Of a stretch of DNA of 64,000 nucleotides, positions 28,410 through 39,297 are shown piece after piece. Made by a program: the position numbers and the translations under genes. The DNA is from Ignisphaera sp. (GTDB taxonomy: Archaea > Thermoproteota > Thermoprotei_A > Sulfolobales > Ignisphaeraceae), in contig JAWBDT010000004.1 of NCBI GenBank assembly GCA_038821645.1, forward strand, positions 46,927 through 110,926, read 5' to 3'. Below the pieces are notes generated by a model that worked only from the letters and a program-made list of their open reading frames with translations, had not been told where the DNA came from and searched no databases. Every line of letters begins with the position of its first letter. Within the stretch, counting starts at the first letter, position 1.

Positions 28410-28727
28410 ATGTCAGATAATATCGGTAGATATGATGATTTTCTTCCAGAAGATTTGGTTAAGGAGGTTAAAGAGTATGAAGAGAGATTCAGTAAGAAGT
28501 CTAGAGGTAAAGGTAGAGCTAGATTTCCAAGTAATGAAGATATAGTTGATGCTATAATTAATGTTACAGGTAGCATCCTAACTAGATACAACATAAATGA
28601 TCTCTATATAAACGTTATAGATTATCTAAAGAGTCAAGGATTTGATACTTCTGCTCTTACTGAATCTAGAGTTGAAAGACTCGTAAGCTCATTGCTCAAA
28701 AAAGGAGTGTTATCTAAGAAACTATAG
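28410..28727 (+). CDS. Hypothetical protein, possibly winged-helix-like
   Basis: 105-aa ORF with FPS..DIV..I, L...GF, RV.RLV..L..KG pattern. Confidence 0.65.
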   Translation: MSDNIGRYDDFLPEDLVKEVKEYEERFSKKSRGKGRARFPSNEDIVDAIINVTGSILTRYNINDLYINVIDYLKSQGFDTSALTESRVERLVSSLLKKGVLSKKL

Positions 28728-28766
28728 AAATATTTATTCAATACAAAGCTGGTACATTATCTAAAG

Positions 28767-31700
28767 CTAGTTAATGTATTGTGGCATGGTTTGTGCTACT
28801 AGATGTATTGTGTATAAAAGTTTTGATCTAGCTTCAAGATATCTTTTGATATATGATGCAATATTTTGAGGAATACTCTTTATATTTTCACCTCTTTCCT
28901 TAATGAAATCTATATAGATCTTCTGAAGCTTAGCTACATCTATACTCTCTAGGTCTATCTCCATACCCTCGATCACCAGCTCTGAAGCTACTGTAGTAAG
29001 TGATACAGGGTTAATCCCTATTTTCAGTAAGTCTTCTCTTAAGCTATATCCATAATCATTAACAGTTCTAGCCAATCTCTTTAGACCTATAGCTTCAAGT
29101 CCTTTAACCGCTACATCTTTATCATAGACTACTAGCTTCATATCGTTATACATAACTAGATCCTCAACTTCTACCTCAAAATCTCTAAGAGATTTGGGAG
29201 GTGGTGTAAAAGGATACATTACGTAGAGATCTACAACAGTTTTAGTGGATTCCCCATCATATATACTAAGACCTACTATAGCTCTACGTATAGCTTCATC
29301 TTCATCGATTATCTGACCAATACCGTCGAGAGTAACAATCTTGAGAACTCTACTAGGCTTAGGTATGATTATCTTTTTGTTCCTGAATATAGCTGCAACT
29401 CTTTCTCTTAGCAGTATATAGTCTATAATCCTAATAGCTATATCCCTAACAGTGTTAAGATCTATACCTATGGATAGAAGATCGGCATAAGCTATATCAT
29501 CTAACTGTAGCAACAGAATCAGATCTATATCCTCTGGACTATATGTCTCTATATCTTTTCGAATTCTACTCCAATCTAGACTATCTATAAGTCCCGCAGC
29601 TTCAGGTTCATGTATTTCAAAGAACTTCTTTTCTCCTATTTTGCCAACGCTATACATAATGGTTTCGAGAGGTATTCCATATAATTTCCTAAGCAGAACC
29701 ATTAAATAAGCAAGACCTAGCCTAAGTAACATTGAATCCTCTCTTTCATCAACCTCAATGAGAAATCCATAGGTATAGTCTTGGTATAGACCAACTGTTT
29801 CAACAGGAACGTATATCGTTTTTCTATCATATGAAACAACATGTTTATCACCTATTCTCGATATCCTCGGTTTACTTGAAATGAGGTACCATATCACTCT
29901 ATTCGGAACCTTTCTATATTCACCGAAACCTTGTTTAGGTGTATAGACAACAGCAAGAACATAGCTATACAACTTACCTCTCGCTATATCTTTCAGTATA
30001 TTTGCCTCTTCTCTCCACAAAGATTTTAGATACCTGTATTCTTCTAATGCTTCAGCAATAGCATCATCGCTATAGAAACTGAATCTACCGAGTTTAGTCT
30101 CTATAACGGCTCTAGCAATTCTATGGCTTTTACCACTCTCGACATGCTTAACTATAGCATCTTGAGAAAGATCTATACAGCCTTTTTGAAAACGTTCAAT
30201 AAGATCACAATGACCTATAGGCTCGAGAGGTATAAGTCTTCCATCTTCCTCCATATATCTCTTGATACCATACGGAGGACCAAACTCATAGAAGTTGAGT
30301 CTTTCCCATATCCATTTAGCTTTATCCACATCTATAGATCCATCACGTTTAACCACTTTTACAGCCTTTAGGACTCTGTGTTCTTCTTCAGTAATTTTTT
30401 CTCTATACCATGGAGAGAGAACCTTTGCTAAACCTGTAAACAAATGTATATACTTATTATTGGGATTTATTATAGTTTTTTCTAGTTGTAATTGAAGCCA
30501 TCGTTCAAATGCATTCATACCTTTTGAAAGTAGCTCCCAATCCCAACGCGTAGACGGTATGATTAACGATTCCGAGAAAGGTATACCTTTTCTTCTACCT
30601 TTCCTACCCTCTCTTTGCAGAAATTCTCTAACACTTTCAGGTAACCCGATATGTACTATTCTGACAATAGTACCTATATCTATTCCTTGGCTTAATGTTC
30701 TAGGACTCACAATAATCTTTATTTCACCTCTTCTAGCTTTCTCTTCAATGATTTCTCGATCCTTTTTAGGAATTAAATGATGGTGAGCTGCTACAACATC
30801 TCCTATAGATTCTCTCAAATTTCTGGTAATTTCATCAGCACGTGCAATACTTTTAGTAAAGACAAGCGTAACACCATCATCATTTACATAATTTGATAAC
30901 ACTTCTTTTAGATCTATAGATATTGAAGGTGTTTCATAACCTAATGCTTCAAGATACTGGAGAACTCTATATGCATTCTCTTTAAATCTCTCGAAATCAT
31001 TGAGAGCCTCAATGATATCTTTATCTACATCACTTCTCTTTGCAACATCGCTACTATATCTTTTGATACTATTCCAAATATTTTCAAGATTTTTTCCCAA
31101 GATTATGTAGAGTCTATTCTCGACTCTAAATGGCTTACCATCAACTATAGCACATTTTCTATTTGTTACATCTTCTAGATATCTACATATATCTTCAGGA
31201 TTTGCTAGAGTTGCTGTCAGGATTACTATTTGTGGTTTTTCATCGCTATACTTCGTTAAGATCTTTATCATAGCTAGTATTAATGCTATACTTCTTGGGC
31301 TATAGAAATCAAATTCATCGATAACAAATAGATTTAGTTTCCTTAAATCGAGTACACATTCTGTAGGAGTTATGAGGAGTTTTTTAATTTCATGGAAAAG
31401 AAATGCAGGATTCGTTATTACAAGGTTTGCAGATGCAAGTGTTTTCCTAAGCCCAGACTTACCTATTTTCTGTATAATTTCGTCTCTCTGTAGAGCATCT
31501 ATTTTCGTAACAGATATACCTGCTGAAGAAGAGTATAGTGATATCCTTTTGATTTGATCGTTTGCTAGTGCTAGTGTTGGATATACAGCTATAGCCTTAA
31601 ACGTTCCGTTCTTTGCTTTTTCGTGGAAATAGAAGTACCAGCTTTCAGTCTTACCTGAACCAGTACCAGCTTTAAGGATAACATTATATCCTTCTCGAAG

Positions 31701-31898
31701 AAGATTTAGTGTCATTAGTTGATGTTCGTAGAGATATTCTTGAGCTAGCTCTATGCCGATAGTCTCTAGCTCGGGAACTATATCTATAAATTTAACGTTT
31801 GTTCTAGTGGGTTGTAGAGATGGTTCAATGTTCTTTACATAATCGTAACCAAGATTCTTCAAAAAGTATTCGCTATCTGTTATCTTCACCAAGAACAC
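28767..31898 (-). CDS. SF2 DEAD/DEAH helicase, Hrq1/SftH/MrfA-like, with C-terminal extension
   Basis: LYEHQ, GTGSGKT, YPTLALANDQ, TNP, DEFD, TAT..NP, GIDIG, QREGRKGR, E.E..G.I. Confidence 0.88.
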   Translation of the reverse strand: MFLVKITDSEYFLKNLGYDYVKNIEPSLQPTRTNVKFIDIVPELETIGIELAQEYLYEHQLMTLNLLREGYNVILKAGTGSGKTESWYFYFHEKAKNGTFKAIAVYPTLALANDQIKRISLYSSSAGISVTKIDALQRDEIIQKIGKSGLRKTLASANLVITNPAFLFHEIKKLLITPTECVLDLRKLNLFVIDEFDFYSPRSIALILAMIKILTKYSDEKPQIVILTATLANPEDICRYLEDVTNRKCAIVDGKPFRVENRLYIILGKNLENIWNSIKRYSSDVAKRSDVDKDIIEALNDFERFKENAYRVLQYLEALGYETPSISIDLKEVLSNYVNDDGVTLVFTKSIARADEITRNLRESIGDVVAAHHHLIPKKDREIIEEKARRGEIKIIVSPRTLSQGIDIGTIVRIVHIGLPESVREFLQREGRKGRRKGIPFSESLIIPSTRWDWELLSKGMNAFERWLQLQLEKTIINPNNKYIHLFTGLAKVLSPWYREKITEEEHRVLKAVKVVKRDGSIDVDKAKWIWERLNFYEFGPPYGIKRYMEEDGRLIPLEPIGHCDLIERFQKGCIDLSQDAIVKHVESGKSHRIARAVIETKLGRFSFYSDDAIAEALEEYRYLKSLWREEANILKDIARGKLYSYVLAVVYTPKQGFGEYRKVPNRVIWYLISSKPRISRIGDKHVVSYDRKTIYVPVETVGLYQDYTYGFLIEVDEREDSMLLRLGLAYLMVLLRKLYGIPLETIMYSVGKIGEKKFFEIHEPEAAGLIDSLDWSRIRKDIETYSPEDIDLILLLQLDDIAYADLLSIGIDLNTVRDIAIRIIDYILLRERVAAIFRNKKIIIPKPSRVLKIVTLDGIGQIIDEDEAIRRAIVGLSIYDGESTKTVVDLYVMYPFTPPPKSLRDFEVEVEDLVMYNDMKLVVYDKDVAVKGLEAIGLKRLARTVNDYGYSLREDLLKIGINPVSLTTVASELVIEGMEIDLESIDVAKLQKIYIDFIKERGENIKSIPQNIASYIKRYLEARSKLLYTIHLVAQTMPQYIN

Positions 31899-31966
31899 CG
31901 AGTGTATTATCTTCAGAGAGGATTCGTGACATCATCTTTCAGAGCCCACCACAATCATCACGAAGT

Positions 31967-32434
31967 CTATATTGTGGCTACATGTATATCATCTTTAACA
32001 GCCTTAAATATCACACTAGTTACACTACCTTTTATGTGTGGATTCTTAAGAATCCTCTTAATAAATCTATCCAAATCTTCAACATCTTTAAACAAAGCCA
32101 TAATAGCTATATCATATTCTCCAGTTATATCGTAAACACCTCTAACATTATCCTCAATAGATATACTTCTTTCAATATCCTCTATATGAGCTCCATCGAC
32201 ATTAAGTAGTATTAGAGCCATTAAGTTATAGCCTAGCTTCTTATAGTCTACAACAGCAGTACATTTCTTAATGAGTCCCAATTTCTTCAGTTTCTGGATC
32301 TTCTTAGATACAATGGTTGGTGATTTACCTACTCTACGAGATATCTTGCGAACACTTAAGCTACAATCTTCTATAAGTATCTTCAGTATCTCTTTATCGA
32401 TATCATCAAGTGTCTCTGTAGACACTAAACACAC
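31967..32434 (-). CDS. Lrp/AsnC family transcriptional regulator
   Basis: LDDID..IL..L..D HTH, L...G.I, YDITGEYD RAM domain. Confidence 0.93.
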   Translation of the reverse strand: MCLVSTETLDDIDKEILKILIEDCSLSVRKISRRVGKSPTIVSKKIQKLKKLGLIKKCTAVVDYKKLGYNLMALILLNVDGAHIEDIERSISIEDNVRGVYDITGEYDIAIMALFKDVEDLDRFIKRILKNPHIKGSVTSVIFKAVKDDIHVATI

Positions 32435-32471
32435 CTAAACTATGTGGTGTGTAGAGGGTTCAAAATCTTAG

Positions 32472-33671
32472 TTAGTGCTTAATTGTTGAAGTAGATAGAA
32501 TTGTATCTAGTATCTTCTTCCTAAATGATCTATTCTTCGATAAATACATATTCAACTCTTTGATGCATCTTCTATTAAGCTTCTTCTTAACTATACAAGG
32601 TAGCATTCTAATGCAATCTTGACTTTCTCTACATCTATTAACAATAAGCATAAGGGTTCTTCTATCGTATCCTGATCTATATAGGGGAACTATAGATATA
32701 GGTTCTTCTTTGTGCTTCAAGAATCGATGTTTGTAGAGAATAACCATAGCAATCAAAATAGATAACACTATTAGGAGTAGAGGAAATAGGGTAGGATCAC
32801 CATTAACAACGTATACATAGATATACCGAAACGGATTAAGTATCATTCCGAGAGTCTTTAGACCGCTATATCCATATTCAATCATTTCTTCTGGAAGCAA
32901 TGGTCTAAGGCTATACCTAGATGAATCAACTAAAAACAAGACTCTAGATACATTACCTCTACAAAGCTTGTTGATAAGGCTATCCACAACTATTGTGTAA
33001 ACATTTATTTTGTTTATAGAAGGTATTGCAGCATTAGTTACTATTGATCCATCTCCTAGGACAAAAACCATACCTACATTAAGATCACATAATGCACCAA
33101 CAACACTATCTGCAGCGTATGCTATAGGTCTACATAGAGATTGATTGTATATAGATATCGTTGACACATAAGAAAACACTATATCGTATCTATAGTCAAT
33201 ATCTATGTAGCCAGAAACAATATCTTCTGCATAACTGTAAACAGATTTATACATCTTTACATAATTAAATGCATTTATCTTGACAGGTACATCTAAGGAA
33301 TCTAGTATCCTATTTGCGTAAGGACCTTCATCAAGAATAGCTATACTGAAACCATGCTTCAGAAAAAGTCTTGCAATAATATTTATATCATTATCGCTAT
33401 AGGCTTTTTCTGGCGATATAAAGATCATTAGCCTACAGCTATAGTCTTGGACAAGATGGTTCTGCAGAGTTGGTTCAGCATCAATCCAGCTATTGACTAA
33501 GATAACATCTCCGTAATTTTTAGCTAGATATCTAACAAAGTTAGAGGTGCCGTCCCATCTATGGTTATAAGGAGAAGCACCTCTAAATGTGATACCTTGA
33601 GCTCTGTTCTCAAAGGCTATTAAAAGAATTACAGATATAACTAGTAGAATGATAAACCATTTCAACCTCAT
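32472..33671 (-). CDS. DUF4350-like membrane-anchored protein
   Basis: N-terminal TM, SPYN..WDGTS.F, ISP...YS, G.V.VLGDGSIVTN, C-terminal TM; MoxR context. Confidence 0.7.
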   Translation of the reverse strand: MRLKWFIILLVISVILLIAFENRAQGITFRGASPYNHRWDGTSNFVRYLAKNYGDVILVNSWIDAEPTLQNHLVQDYSCRLMIFISPEKAYSDNDINIIARLFLKHGFSIAILDEGPYANRILDSLDVPVKINAFNYVKMYKSVYSYAEDIVSGYIDIDYRYDIVFSYVSTISIYNQSLCRPIAYAADSVVGALCDLNVGMVFVLGDGSIVTNAAIPSINKINVYTIVVDSLINKLCRGNVSRVLFLVDSSRYSLRPLLPEEMIEYGYSGLKTLGMILNPFRYIYVYVVNGDPTLFPLLLIVLSILIAMVILYKHRFLKHKEEPISIVPLYRSGYDRRTLMLIVNRCRESQDCIRMLPCIVKKKLNRRCIKELNMYLSKNRSFRKKILDTILSTSTIKH

Positions 33672-33832
33672 TCTCTACACCCACTATTAAGAAGCGACAT
33701 CAACACTATTGCACATCCAAGAGATATAAGGGAGGCAACATATCTTTGAAAAATGGCTAGAACTATAGCGATTAATATCACTAATACAGCTAAATACAGA
33801 AGATAATTGGTTCCCCTAATATCTCTACCCAC
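33668..33832 (-). CDS. Small two-TM membrane protein (54 aa)
   Basis: Below the track cutoff. GTG start, MGRDIRGTNYLLYLAVLVILIAIVLAIFQRYVASLISLGCAIVLMSLLNSGCRE*. Fills the operon gap exactly with an ATGA overlap. Confidence 0.7.
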   Translation of the reverse strand: MGRDIRGTNYLLYLAVLVILIAIVLAIFQRYVASLISLGCAIVLMSLLNSGCRE

Positions 33833-33833
33833 G

Positions 33834-34331
33834 TTAACCACCTTCAAACATTGCTAGAATGATATCCAGAGCACCTATATCTTCATCTATCCATCTGAAC
33901 AAATAGAGTGGTATAAGTATGGCGATAGACATAGACAGTATTGTCATAATTCTTTTACAAGGATTGACTTTTCTTGATACATACAATATAAGAGATATAA
34001 CTAGAGCTACACTCAAAACCGATATCAACGATCTACCGAGTACTGCAGTAATGATACTATCGATAGCTATACCGAACAAAGTTACAGTAGTACTGTAACT
34101 GATGCTCTTAAACAATCCTCTAAGCGATATACAGATCTTGATAGGAGGCTCAAAAGATATGCCTAGGTAAAGAGATAGAGCTGTATAGATCAGTAAGTAG
34201 GTTGAGGGAATAACTAAAGCTAATGTAAACCCTAACTCTAGATATGTGTAATTCTTAGACATTAATGTAAGTGTCAACAAAAATGCTAAAGTCAGTAAAA
34301 TAAGTATGATATCTCTACCTCTTCTAGGCAT
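33834..34331 (-). CDS. Multi-pass membrane protein of unknown function
   Basis: About five hydrophobic segments; overlaps the upstream gene. Confidence 0.65.
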   Translation of the reverse strand: MPRRGRDIILILLTLAFLLTLTLMSKNYTYLELGFTLALVIPSTYLLIYTALSLYLGISFEPPIKICISLRGLFKSISYSTTVTLFGIAIDSIITAVLGRSLISVLSVALVISLILYVSRKVNPCKRIMTILSMSIAILIPLYLFRWIDEDIGALDIILAMFEGG

Positions 34332-36093
34332 TGAGTCTATCCCTATGTTCTATGAGTTTAATCATTTTAATAACAGATTTTAACCATGTCTCTCTATCAA
34401 TTATATCTCTACTAAAACGAAGAATCTCATAACCTTTAACTATGTCTTTCAATAAATCTTTGTATTCCTTATCTGAGTTACCTAATTTATGTAGTATCTT
34501 GCTATATATTTCTCTATGTGTCTCATTGTTACTTATCTTTATACCGAAAACATGAGCAATACTGTATATAAGGTTCCAAAATAGATCGAAATGTGATTGA
34601 CTATGTGTATATCTTTCAATATTGTCAATAGAAGTATTACTTATGGATAGTAATCTTAATATATACCTTAGAAGATGTTTTCTTCCAACTATCACCAAGA
34701 TAGTTACTGATATACCTGTAGAAAATGTTATATAGATAGTCAATGGTATGGTGTAGGGTAGAGGATTAGATACATCTCTACCTATTTTCACAATATTATC
34801 TTGCTCTATAGAGCTCTGTATTGATGTGGCATCAGTATCTATTGACATAACCATATCGATATTGATACTATTAATCTTTTCAATATATTTGCTGAGCTTT
34901 TTCTCGACATTCTCTATATAGTCTGGTATTTTTGTATCGATATCAGTAAAGAACTTTAAGTTGATGTTGGTGCTGTTTGAGAGATCGCTAAATGATGTGA
35001 TATTCTCTTCGCTATACATATCAATAAAATTAAATGGTATACCAATGTATGTTAAGTTATTTACAAAGTTTTCACTATCTGAATAGTTAACATATGTGAA
35101 TGGATACACGATTTCGATAGATATATCTCTTAATCTTTCACCAAACTCTATGCTATCTAGTAAAGCTATTATCTTGTCTGAATCTATACTCATAACATAG
35201 CTAATTATCTTAGGAATATCTTCAGGAGATATTGTTACTCCCTTCTCTTTGAGACTTGAAGCCAAAGCTATAGCTTTACTAAGTATATATTCAACATCTT
35301 GAATAGTTAGAGGTTTACGAACCTCATTTTTGTCAATCTCAATTAGTATTTGTTCTACTGATGAGTATGGATTTCGTTCAATTATATTGATGTTCGATTT
35401 AGACAAGAAATCTTCTAGGAGTAGGTATACAACAATAGATTCTTCGTATAATAGTTTGTCCATGATGTTCTCTAGAGTGTCTCTATATATTCCTCTACCT
35501 TGGAGAGCTATCTTTATTGTGTAAACCTTGCTTATGATCGAGAATAGGTATTCTTGTGATACATTCTCTCCTAAAAGAACTAGATACTCAATCAATGTAT
35601 CTAAATCGCTATAGCGATACCTACAATAGCTATCTCCATAGAGTATATTCAGCAAGAGATTAGCAAAGGGATTTCCACATGTTCTACCACTACTTATCGA
35701 TATATTGAAGTTAGCTGTGATAGTCAGTATAAGGTTTAAGATATCTCTATCGTCTATATTGCTTGATCCATAAGCAAATCTCTTTAGAGTTCTAAGCTGA
35801 AGAGCTCCAATGAAAATCGATAATGAGGGCTCTGTATATATATGGTTAAATATATGTATGGCATTGTTCTTTAAATCTCTATAACTATGCACCTTGATAT
35901 CACAGTATCGCGAAATATTTACAGAATTAAGCCATCTAAATAATACTTCGAATGAATATAGATCTTTTGTAGCTACTTCAGAAATAGTTTCTGAATGTCT
36001 AGCATTATCTAGGGCATATGCTGTAGAGCATGTTGAACAAATAGATGTTAAGATGATTATTATGAAGATGATCGCTTTAGCGCGAACATACAC
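34324..36093 (-). CDS. Large membrane-anchored protein with DUF4129-like C-terminus
   Basis: Signal peptide, late TM, C-terminal ETHRE...YE..RFS pattern; divergent from moxR. Confidence 0.65.
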   Translation of the reverse strand: MYVRAKAIIFIIIILTSICSTCSTAYALDNARHSETISEVATKDLYSFEVLFRWLNSVNISRYCDIKVHSYRDLKNNAIHIFNHIYTEPSLSIFIGALQLRTLKRFAYGSSNIDDRDILNLILTITANFNISISSGRTCGNPFANLLLNILYGDSYCRYRYSDLDTLIEYLVLLGENVSQEYLFSIISKVYTIKIALQGRGIYRDTLENIMDKLLYEESIVVYLLLEDFLSKSNINIIERNPYSSVEQILIEIDKNEVRKPLTIQDVEYILSKAIALASSLKEKGVTISPEDIPKIISYVMSIDSDKIIALLDSIEFGERLRDISIEIVYPFTYVNYSDSENFVNNLTYIGIPFNFIDMYSEENITSFSDLSNSTNINLKFFTDIDTKIPDYIENVEKKLSKYIEKINSINIDMVMSIDTDATSIQSSIEQDNIVKIGRDVSNPLPYTIPLTIYITFSTGISVTILVIVGRKHLLRYILRLLSISNTSIDNIERYTHSQSHFDLFWNLIYSIAHVFGIKISNNETHREIYSKILHKLGNSDKEYKDLLKDIVKGYEILRFSRDIIDRETWLKSVIKMIKLIEHRDRLNA

Positions 36094-36148
36094 GTTTATT
36101 CACATCAGCTTATATACGTTTAACAAAGTTAATAATTTGTTGTAAAAA

Positions 36149-37093
36149 ATGACGATATTTAGTAAGATTATCAAAAATGTTGTTGAAGAATCTGCTAAAG
36201 TACTTGTTGCAAGAGAAAAACATGTAGCAATGATTGTTTTCTCAGTTATAGCTGAAGGTCATGTACTTATAGAGGGTGTACCCGGGATAGCTAAAACACT
36301 AACAGCTAAGGTTGTAGCAAAACTACTTAATCTGAAGTTCTCAAGAGTTCAATGCACTATAGATACCCTTCCATCTGATATAATCGGTAGCAAAGTATAT
36401 AACCAGAAGATAGGTGATTTCGAGACAAAGATCGGGCCTATATTTACTAACATTCTTCTTGTTGACGAGATAAATAGAGCTTCTCCAAGGACTCAAAGTG
36501 CTTTACTTGAAGCTATGCAGGAAAGACAGGTTACGATAGATGGTGAAACTATAGCTCTACCTAGACCCTTTGTTGTATTAGCTACACAGAACCCTATAGA
36601 ACATGAAGGTACATTTCCATTGCCAGAAGCTCAACTAGATCGATTCTATATAAAACTGACTATGGGTCTGCTTGATAGAGTTGCCTTGATGAACCTACTT
36701 AAAAGAGATTTGAAAACCATTGAGAAAGAGTATTGGTATCTAAAACCTGTAGCAGATGTTAACGATATAATTAATGCATCTAAAGAGATAGAGAAAGTCT
36801 ATGTAGATAGCTCTATATTCGAGTATATCGCGAATATAGTCGAGTATAGTCATAGACATGAAGCAGTTCAATTAGGAATAACACCTAGAGGAGCTCTAAT
36901 GCTTCTTCAGCTAGCTAAAGAGTTTGCATTAGCTGACGAAAGAGATTATGTAATACCAGACGATGTAAAGAATGCTGCTGTACCTGCACTTGCGCATAGA
37001 TTTCTAATAAAACCAGAATTTTTAGCAGAAGGATATACTGGTGAAAGGATTGTTCAAGAGATTCTAGCAAATGTTGAAGTCCCTCGTCCTTAA
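36149..37093 (+). CDS. moxR: MoxR family AAA+ ATPase
   Basis: GHVLIEGVPGIAKT, DEINRASPRTQSALLEAMQE, ATQNPIE, LPEAQLDRF. Confidence 0.95.
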   Translation: MTIFSKIIKNVVEESAKVLVAREKHVAMIVFSVIAEGHVLIEGVPGIAKTLTAKVVAKLLNLKFSRVQCTIDTLPSDIIGSKVYNQKIGDFETKIGPIFTNILLVDEINRASPRTQSALLEAMQERQVTIDGETIALPRPFVVLATQNPIEHEGTFPLPEAQLDRFYIKLTMGLLDRVALMNLLKRDLKTIEKEYWYLKPVADVNDIINASKEIEKVYVDSSIFEYIANIVEYSHRHEAVQLGITPRGALMLLQLAKEFALADERDYVIPDDVKNAAVPALAHRFLIKPEFLAEGYTGERIVQEILANVEVPRP

Positions 37094-37103
37094 GGGTATA
37101 TAG

Positions 37104-38396
37104 ATGCTGAAGCATAGGATAGATAGAGTAGCCATTGGCAAAGGCTTTTATATACTGATAATATTTACTTTATTTACATATATAGTTGTTGATAGAGTAA
37201 GTTTAGGACATCCTATTGGGAACACTCTTTTGCTTTACCTACTAATTACAGACACATTCTTTGTAATAACGTCTATAGCGTTACTGCAAAATCTAAACAG
37301 AATTGATATAGAGGTAGTGCAAAAAGATGTGTTGACATCTGTTGAGGGTATGGAATTAGGTATGAAGATTATTTTTAGTCATAGTAGAATATTTAGATTT
37401 ATTGTTATCAACAACATTGAAATAAAGAGCGATAGAGGTTTATGGATTAGTAGATGGAGAATTAATGATGAAGGATACATAGATCTATATGTAGCTGGTT
37501 ATCCAGGTATGCACAAAGTTTATGGCTATAGAATAGAGGTTTCAACACCATTATCTATACATAGAGCAGAACTCAATATAGACTTCGATATAGCTAAAGA
37601 GATACGTTTTGCTCCTACAAAACATGTACCTAGATTCAATATCGAGCTAGTTTTACCGTATCTACAGATATTTGAAGGCAGATCCTCGAAAAGAAGAGGG
37701 ATAGGAGCTGAGGTGATGAGTATAAGAGAGTTTACGTCTGGTGATGATTATAGAAGAATTCATTGGAAGGCTACAGCTAGAGTAGGTAAACTCATGGTTA
37801 AAGAATATGAACATAAGGTATATAGAAACGCTCTAGTAATAGTGTCTATACATAAAGAGTTCTTTATCGGTGAACCAGCTCCACTTCTATATCTGGTAAA
37901 GCTTGTGATAGATGTTGTTGAAAGTCTTTTATCCAAGGGAATGAATATAGTATTGGGTGTCATAACGGAGAGAAACATCAAGATATCTACAGTTATTGAT
38001 AGATCTAGACTTTATGAAGTCTACAGAATTCTGTCAGAAATAGAGTGGCTTACAGATGTTGATAGGTATAGTAGTAGTAATAGGTTACTCAGATGGTTTA
38101 CACACACAGTTGTAAGAGATGTCTGTAGAGAACCCTGTGTAGTGTTTTTGGTGGTAGATCCTCTAGATAGTATGGATATAGACACTATTGCGAATATATA
38201 TAGAACGCTTAATCAACAAAAACATAAAGTTAAAGTACTTCTCACAACACCACTAGCTATAAGGTTTATGTATACAGCTAGAGTTGAAATTGCTGATGTA
38301 GATATGCTCCAGAAAGAAGCTACAAGGTTGAAGAATGTCATCTACACTCTTAAGGTAAGTGATGTATATCTTCCAACAGCATATCTAAAGTTCTAG
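37104..38396 (+). CDS. DUF58 (VWA-like) MoxR partner
   Basis: IREF..GDDYRRIHWKATAR.GKLMVKEYE. Confidence 0.9.
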   Translation: MLKHRIDRVAIGKGFYILIIFTLFTYIVVDRVSLGHPIGNTLLLYLLITDTFFVITSIALLQNLNRIDIEVVQKDVLTSVEGMELGMKIIFSHSRIFRFIVINNIEIKSDRGLWISRWRINDEGYIDLYVAGYPGMHKVYGYRIEVSTPLSIHRAELNIDFDIAKEIRFAPTKHVPRFNIELVLPYLQIFEGRSSKRRGIGAEVMSIREFTSGDDYRRIHWKATARVGKLMVKEYEHKVYRNALVIVSIHKEFFIGEPAPLLYLVKLVIDVVESLLSKGMNIVLGVITERNIKISTVIDRSRLYEVYRILSEIEWLTDVDRYSSSNRLLRWFTHTVVRDVCREPCVVFLVVDPLDSMDIDTIANIYRTLNQQKHKVKVLLTTPLAIRFMYTARVEIADVDMLQKEATRLKNVIYTLKVSDVYLPTAYLKF

Positions 38397-38458
38397 CAAA
38401 CTCTACATCAGAGATATCGAGATTGTGTAGTAAACATATGGATTAATGCATTGATTTC

Positions 38459-39169
38459 TCAAATCTTATTAATACGAGTCAATATAGACATCATGGTTCT
38501 AGCATTTTCCAGCATCCAGTGATCATTATTGAAAAACACGTATATTTTCTTAGGGTTCAATTCTACAATTCTTCTAGCTATATCTTCGAGTTCTTCATAG
38601 CTGTATTCATAAGCATACCATGTGTAGCTTCCATGCAGTCTCATATAGACTATATTGTTGGAAGATACAATCCATCTACCAATAGGCGAATCTATTGAAA
38701 CTATTGTTGCATTAAATTTCTTGAGCTGGTCAATAACGTTTATAGTGAACCAACTGTTATGCCTAAACTCAATAGCGAGTCTTTCACCAAGTGCAACAAT
38801 TTTTGCAAACTGCTTTAGTTTCTCAATATTTTCATCAGATGCAACAAAATTAGGGGGCATTTGAAATAAATAGAAGTCTATATACATATCAAGAGGGGTG
38901 AATAACTCATAGAATTTCTTCCATATGTCTATAGCTTTATCGCTAAGCTTTCTGTAATGCGTTATACCTCTAAACACCTTAACGGCCCATCTGATACCAT
39001 AGATCGATGTTTTCTTAACCCAACTCGATACTTGATTACGGAAAGGAAATCGATAAAAAGAGGCATTAAGTTCAACAGCATTAAGTCTAGAGTTCTGTAA
39101 ATACCAATCAAGAGTTCCATCGATATTCCAATCATATAGCCATCCAGAAGTACCTACAAATATCTCCAT
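38459..39169 (-). CDS. DUF72 (YecE) family protein
   Basis: VGTSGW.Y, VELNASFYR, LFQMPP, EFRH.SW, YMRLHG, FFNND. Confidence 0.92.
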   Translation of the reverse strand: MEIFVGTSGWLYDWNIDGTLDWYLQNSRLNAVELNASFYRFPFRNQVSSWVKKTSIYGIRWAVKVFRGITHYRKLSDKAIDIWKKFYELFTPLDMYIDFYLFQMPPNFVASDENIEKLKQFAKIVALGERLAIEFRHNSWFTINVIDQLKKFNATIVSIDSPIGRWIVSSNNIVYMRLHGSYTWYAYEYSYEELEDIARRIVELNPKKIYVFFNNDHWMLENARTMMSILTRINKI

Positions 39170-39297
39170 AGATCTACATCCAAAAATTCTAGATCTAGAG
39201 ATGGAATTAAAGTTTAGCTCTTATTCCGATTTTGTTTAAGTGTTTTATGTAGATTGAAAATAGCCATCATATTGGCTCTAGATTCTTAATCCTATTC

